Positions 23,793 through 24,881 of a DNA stretch of 24,881 bases are shown here, one piece after another. Source of the stretch: Candidatus Caldarchaeales archaeon. GTDB lineage: Archaea; Thermoproteota; Nitrososphaeria_A; Caldarchaeales; Calditenuaceae. The first letter of the stretch is position 1. Every line of letters begins with the position of its first letter. The stretch spans positions 1 to 24,881 of the forward strand of contig JAVVGN010000021.1 in the NCBI GenBank assembly GCA_032249095.1. Direction: 5' to 3'. The notes under the pieces were generated by a model. That model was not told the origin of the DNA and did no database searches. It worked only from the letters and a program-made list of their open reading frames with translations. Position numbers and translations under genes: made by a program.

Positions 23793-24688
23793 CCGTGCTA
23801 AGAAACGATCTTGTGAAGACCTTTACAAGTATCAAGTTTTACTTGGGTAGGTCTAAAAAACTGCAAGTAAGTGTAAGTATTATGTCATTATTAACCGGGT
23901 TATCTCTTTTAGAAACGCTAGTAAATTCGTTTAGACTGGGTGGATTGCAGTCAAGTGCCATCGGCTTCTTCCCTCGATTACTTAGCCCCTCACTCGAGCA
24001 TCCTTTAGGGACCGATCATTTTGGTCGTGATGTCCTTGCGATGCTTTTTACTGGCTTAAAGAATTCGCTCATAGTGGGTTTCTTGGTCGGGGGTGTGTCT
24101 ACCACAATAGCCGTATTTGTAGCGTTCTTCGCGGCTTACAAGGGTGGCATAATTGACAACTTCTTAAACTCACTAACCAACATTATATTAATTTTACCGG
24201 CATTGGTTATTGCGGCTGCGGCCGTTGTGTATATCCAGCGACTTGATTTACTGTATATAGCATTGGTGATATCGGCCTTCGCTTGGGCAGGTCCAGCTAG
24301 GTCGATAAGGGCACAGGTTTTATCGCTTAAGTCACGTCCGTACGTTGAACTTGCGAAAATGATAGGTGAGCGAGATTTTGAGATATTATTTTTTGAATTA
24401 TTGCCTAACGTTTTTCCATATATTCTCGTTGGTTTTGCGTATTCGGTCATTGGTGGGATCCTTGCGGAGGCTGGGTTAAGACTGATTGGGCTTGGGGCAG
24501 CCGAGATCATCACCCTCGGCTTGTTGTTGCATCTATATATGACGAGTGGCCTAATAGTGCAGGGATACTACCACTTCATAGTGGGCCCTGTCCTAATTTT
24601 GGTGTGTATTTTCGTTTCACTTAACTTGATAAACATGGGTTTGGACGAGCTTTTCAATCCTCGGCTTAGGAGGGTTACTGGAGAGTAG
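23789..24688 (+). CDS. oppC: Peptide/nickel-type ABC transporter permease (OppC/DppC family)
   Basis: HPLGTDHFGRDVLAMLF, WAGPARSIRAQVLSLKSRPYVELAKMIGE and LLPNVFPYILV are the OppC signature. Confidence 0.85.
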   Translation: MTVLRNDLVKTFTSIKFYLGRSKKLQVSVSIMSLLTGLSLLETLVNSFRLGGLQSSAIGFFPRLLSPSLEHPLGTDHFGRDVLAMLFTGLKNSLIVGFLVGGVSTTIAVFVAFFAAYKGGIIDNFLNSLTNIILILPALVIAAAAVVYIQRLDLLYIALVISAFAWAGPARSIRAQVLSLKSRPYVELAKMIGERDFEILFFELLPNVFPYILVGFAYSVIGGILAEAGLRLIGLGAAEIITLGLLLHLYMTSGLIVQGYYHFIVGPVLILVCIFVSLNLINMGLDELFNPRLRRVTGE

Positions 24689-24720
24689 GGGGGTTTGTGG
24701 GTTGTTCCGTGGAGTTTTTC

Positions 24721-24881
24721 TGGAGGTGATCCGGCCACACGTTCCCGTGCGGCCACCTTGTTACAACTTCTCCCCCCTCACCAGGCCTGGGCTCGGGCCA
24801 CCCAACTCGAGTGGCTCTCGCCCATTCCCAGCTCGGGTGGAGCGATGGGCAGTGTGTGCAAGGAGCGGGGACGTATTCACC
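24721..24881 (-). rRNA. 16S rRNA, 3'-terminal ~160 nt (gene runs off the window end)
   Basis: The reverse complement reads ggtgaatacgtccccgctccttgcacacactgcccatcgctccacccgag...gagaagttgtaacaaggtggccgcacgggaacgtgtggccggatcacctcca. This covers the 1390-1540 region (E. coli numbering): helix 44, helix 45 and the anti-SD tail. Confidence 0.9.

Noticed and set aside
1-24881. A search for CRISPR arrays, tRNA genes and toxin-antitoxin pairs.
   Set aside because: I saw no regularly spaced short repeats, no cloverleaf-compatible sequences in intergenic regions, and no small paired ORFs with recognisable TA motifs.

Overview
The window appears to come from a high-G+C archaeal chromosome, probably Thermoproteota/Crenarchaeota. 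Evidence: Cgi121, archaeal-type uS15, a C/D-box sRNA candidate, an archaeal 16S 3' end, and frequent GTG/TTG starts with 1-8 nt gene overlaps.

Ordinary content:
- NAD kinase-like gene, flavin reductase, MoaD/SAMP-type ubiquitin-like protein, Cgi121 and uS15.
- A five-gene LivKHMGF-type ABC transporter.
- A Gfo/Idh/MocA oxidoreductase with a sugar-phosphate isomerase.
- A LutC-like gene and a LutB/LutA-like fusion, and a phosphoribosyltransferase.

Main finding: three copies of a ~1.25-1.3 kb modular element (about 42-1302 +, 2482-3803 +, 6188-7432 -).
- Each copy carries a compact (~230-272 aa) IS110-like DEDD/Tnp recombinase ORF.
- The ORF sits between a ~250-335 nt 5' non-coding module and a ~185 nt structured 3' module.
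- Both modules are nearly identical at nucleotide level across copies, although the copy B recombinase is highly diverged from A and C.
- The 3' module overlaps the last 10 codons and has a 12-bp closing helix plus an 11-bp hairpin, with G.U and compensatory differences between copies.
- I interpret this as a candidate RNA-guided (bridge/seek-RNA-type) recombinase family. Only the repeat architecture and the base-pairing are seen directly; the function is inferred.

Other items worth a second look:
- A permuted SPPY DNA methyltransferase translationally coupled to an unknown 375-aa wHTH protein (17711-20025).
- A lower-G+C, decaying island (20026-24700) with a multiply frameshifted uxaA, an IS fragment and a frameshifted orphan oppBC.
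- A 16S rRNA 3' end (24721-24881, minus strand, runs off the window). It has no 23S downstream and carries substitutions at near-universal decoding-centre positions, one pair of them compensatory.
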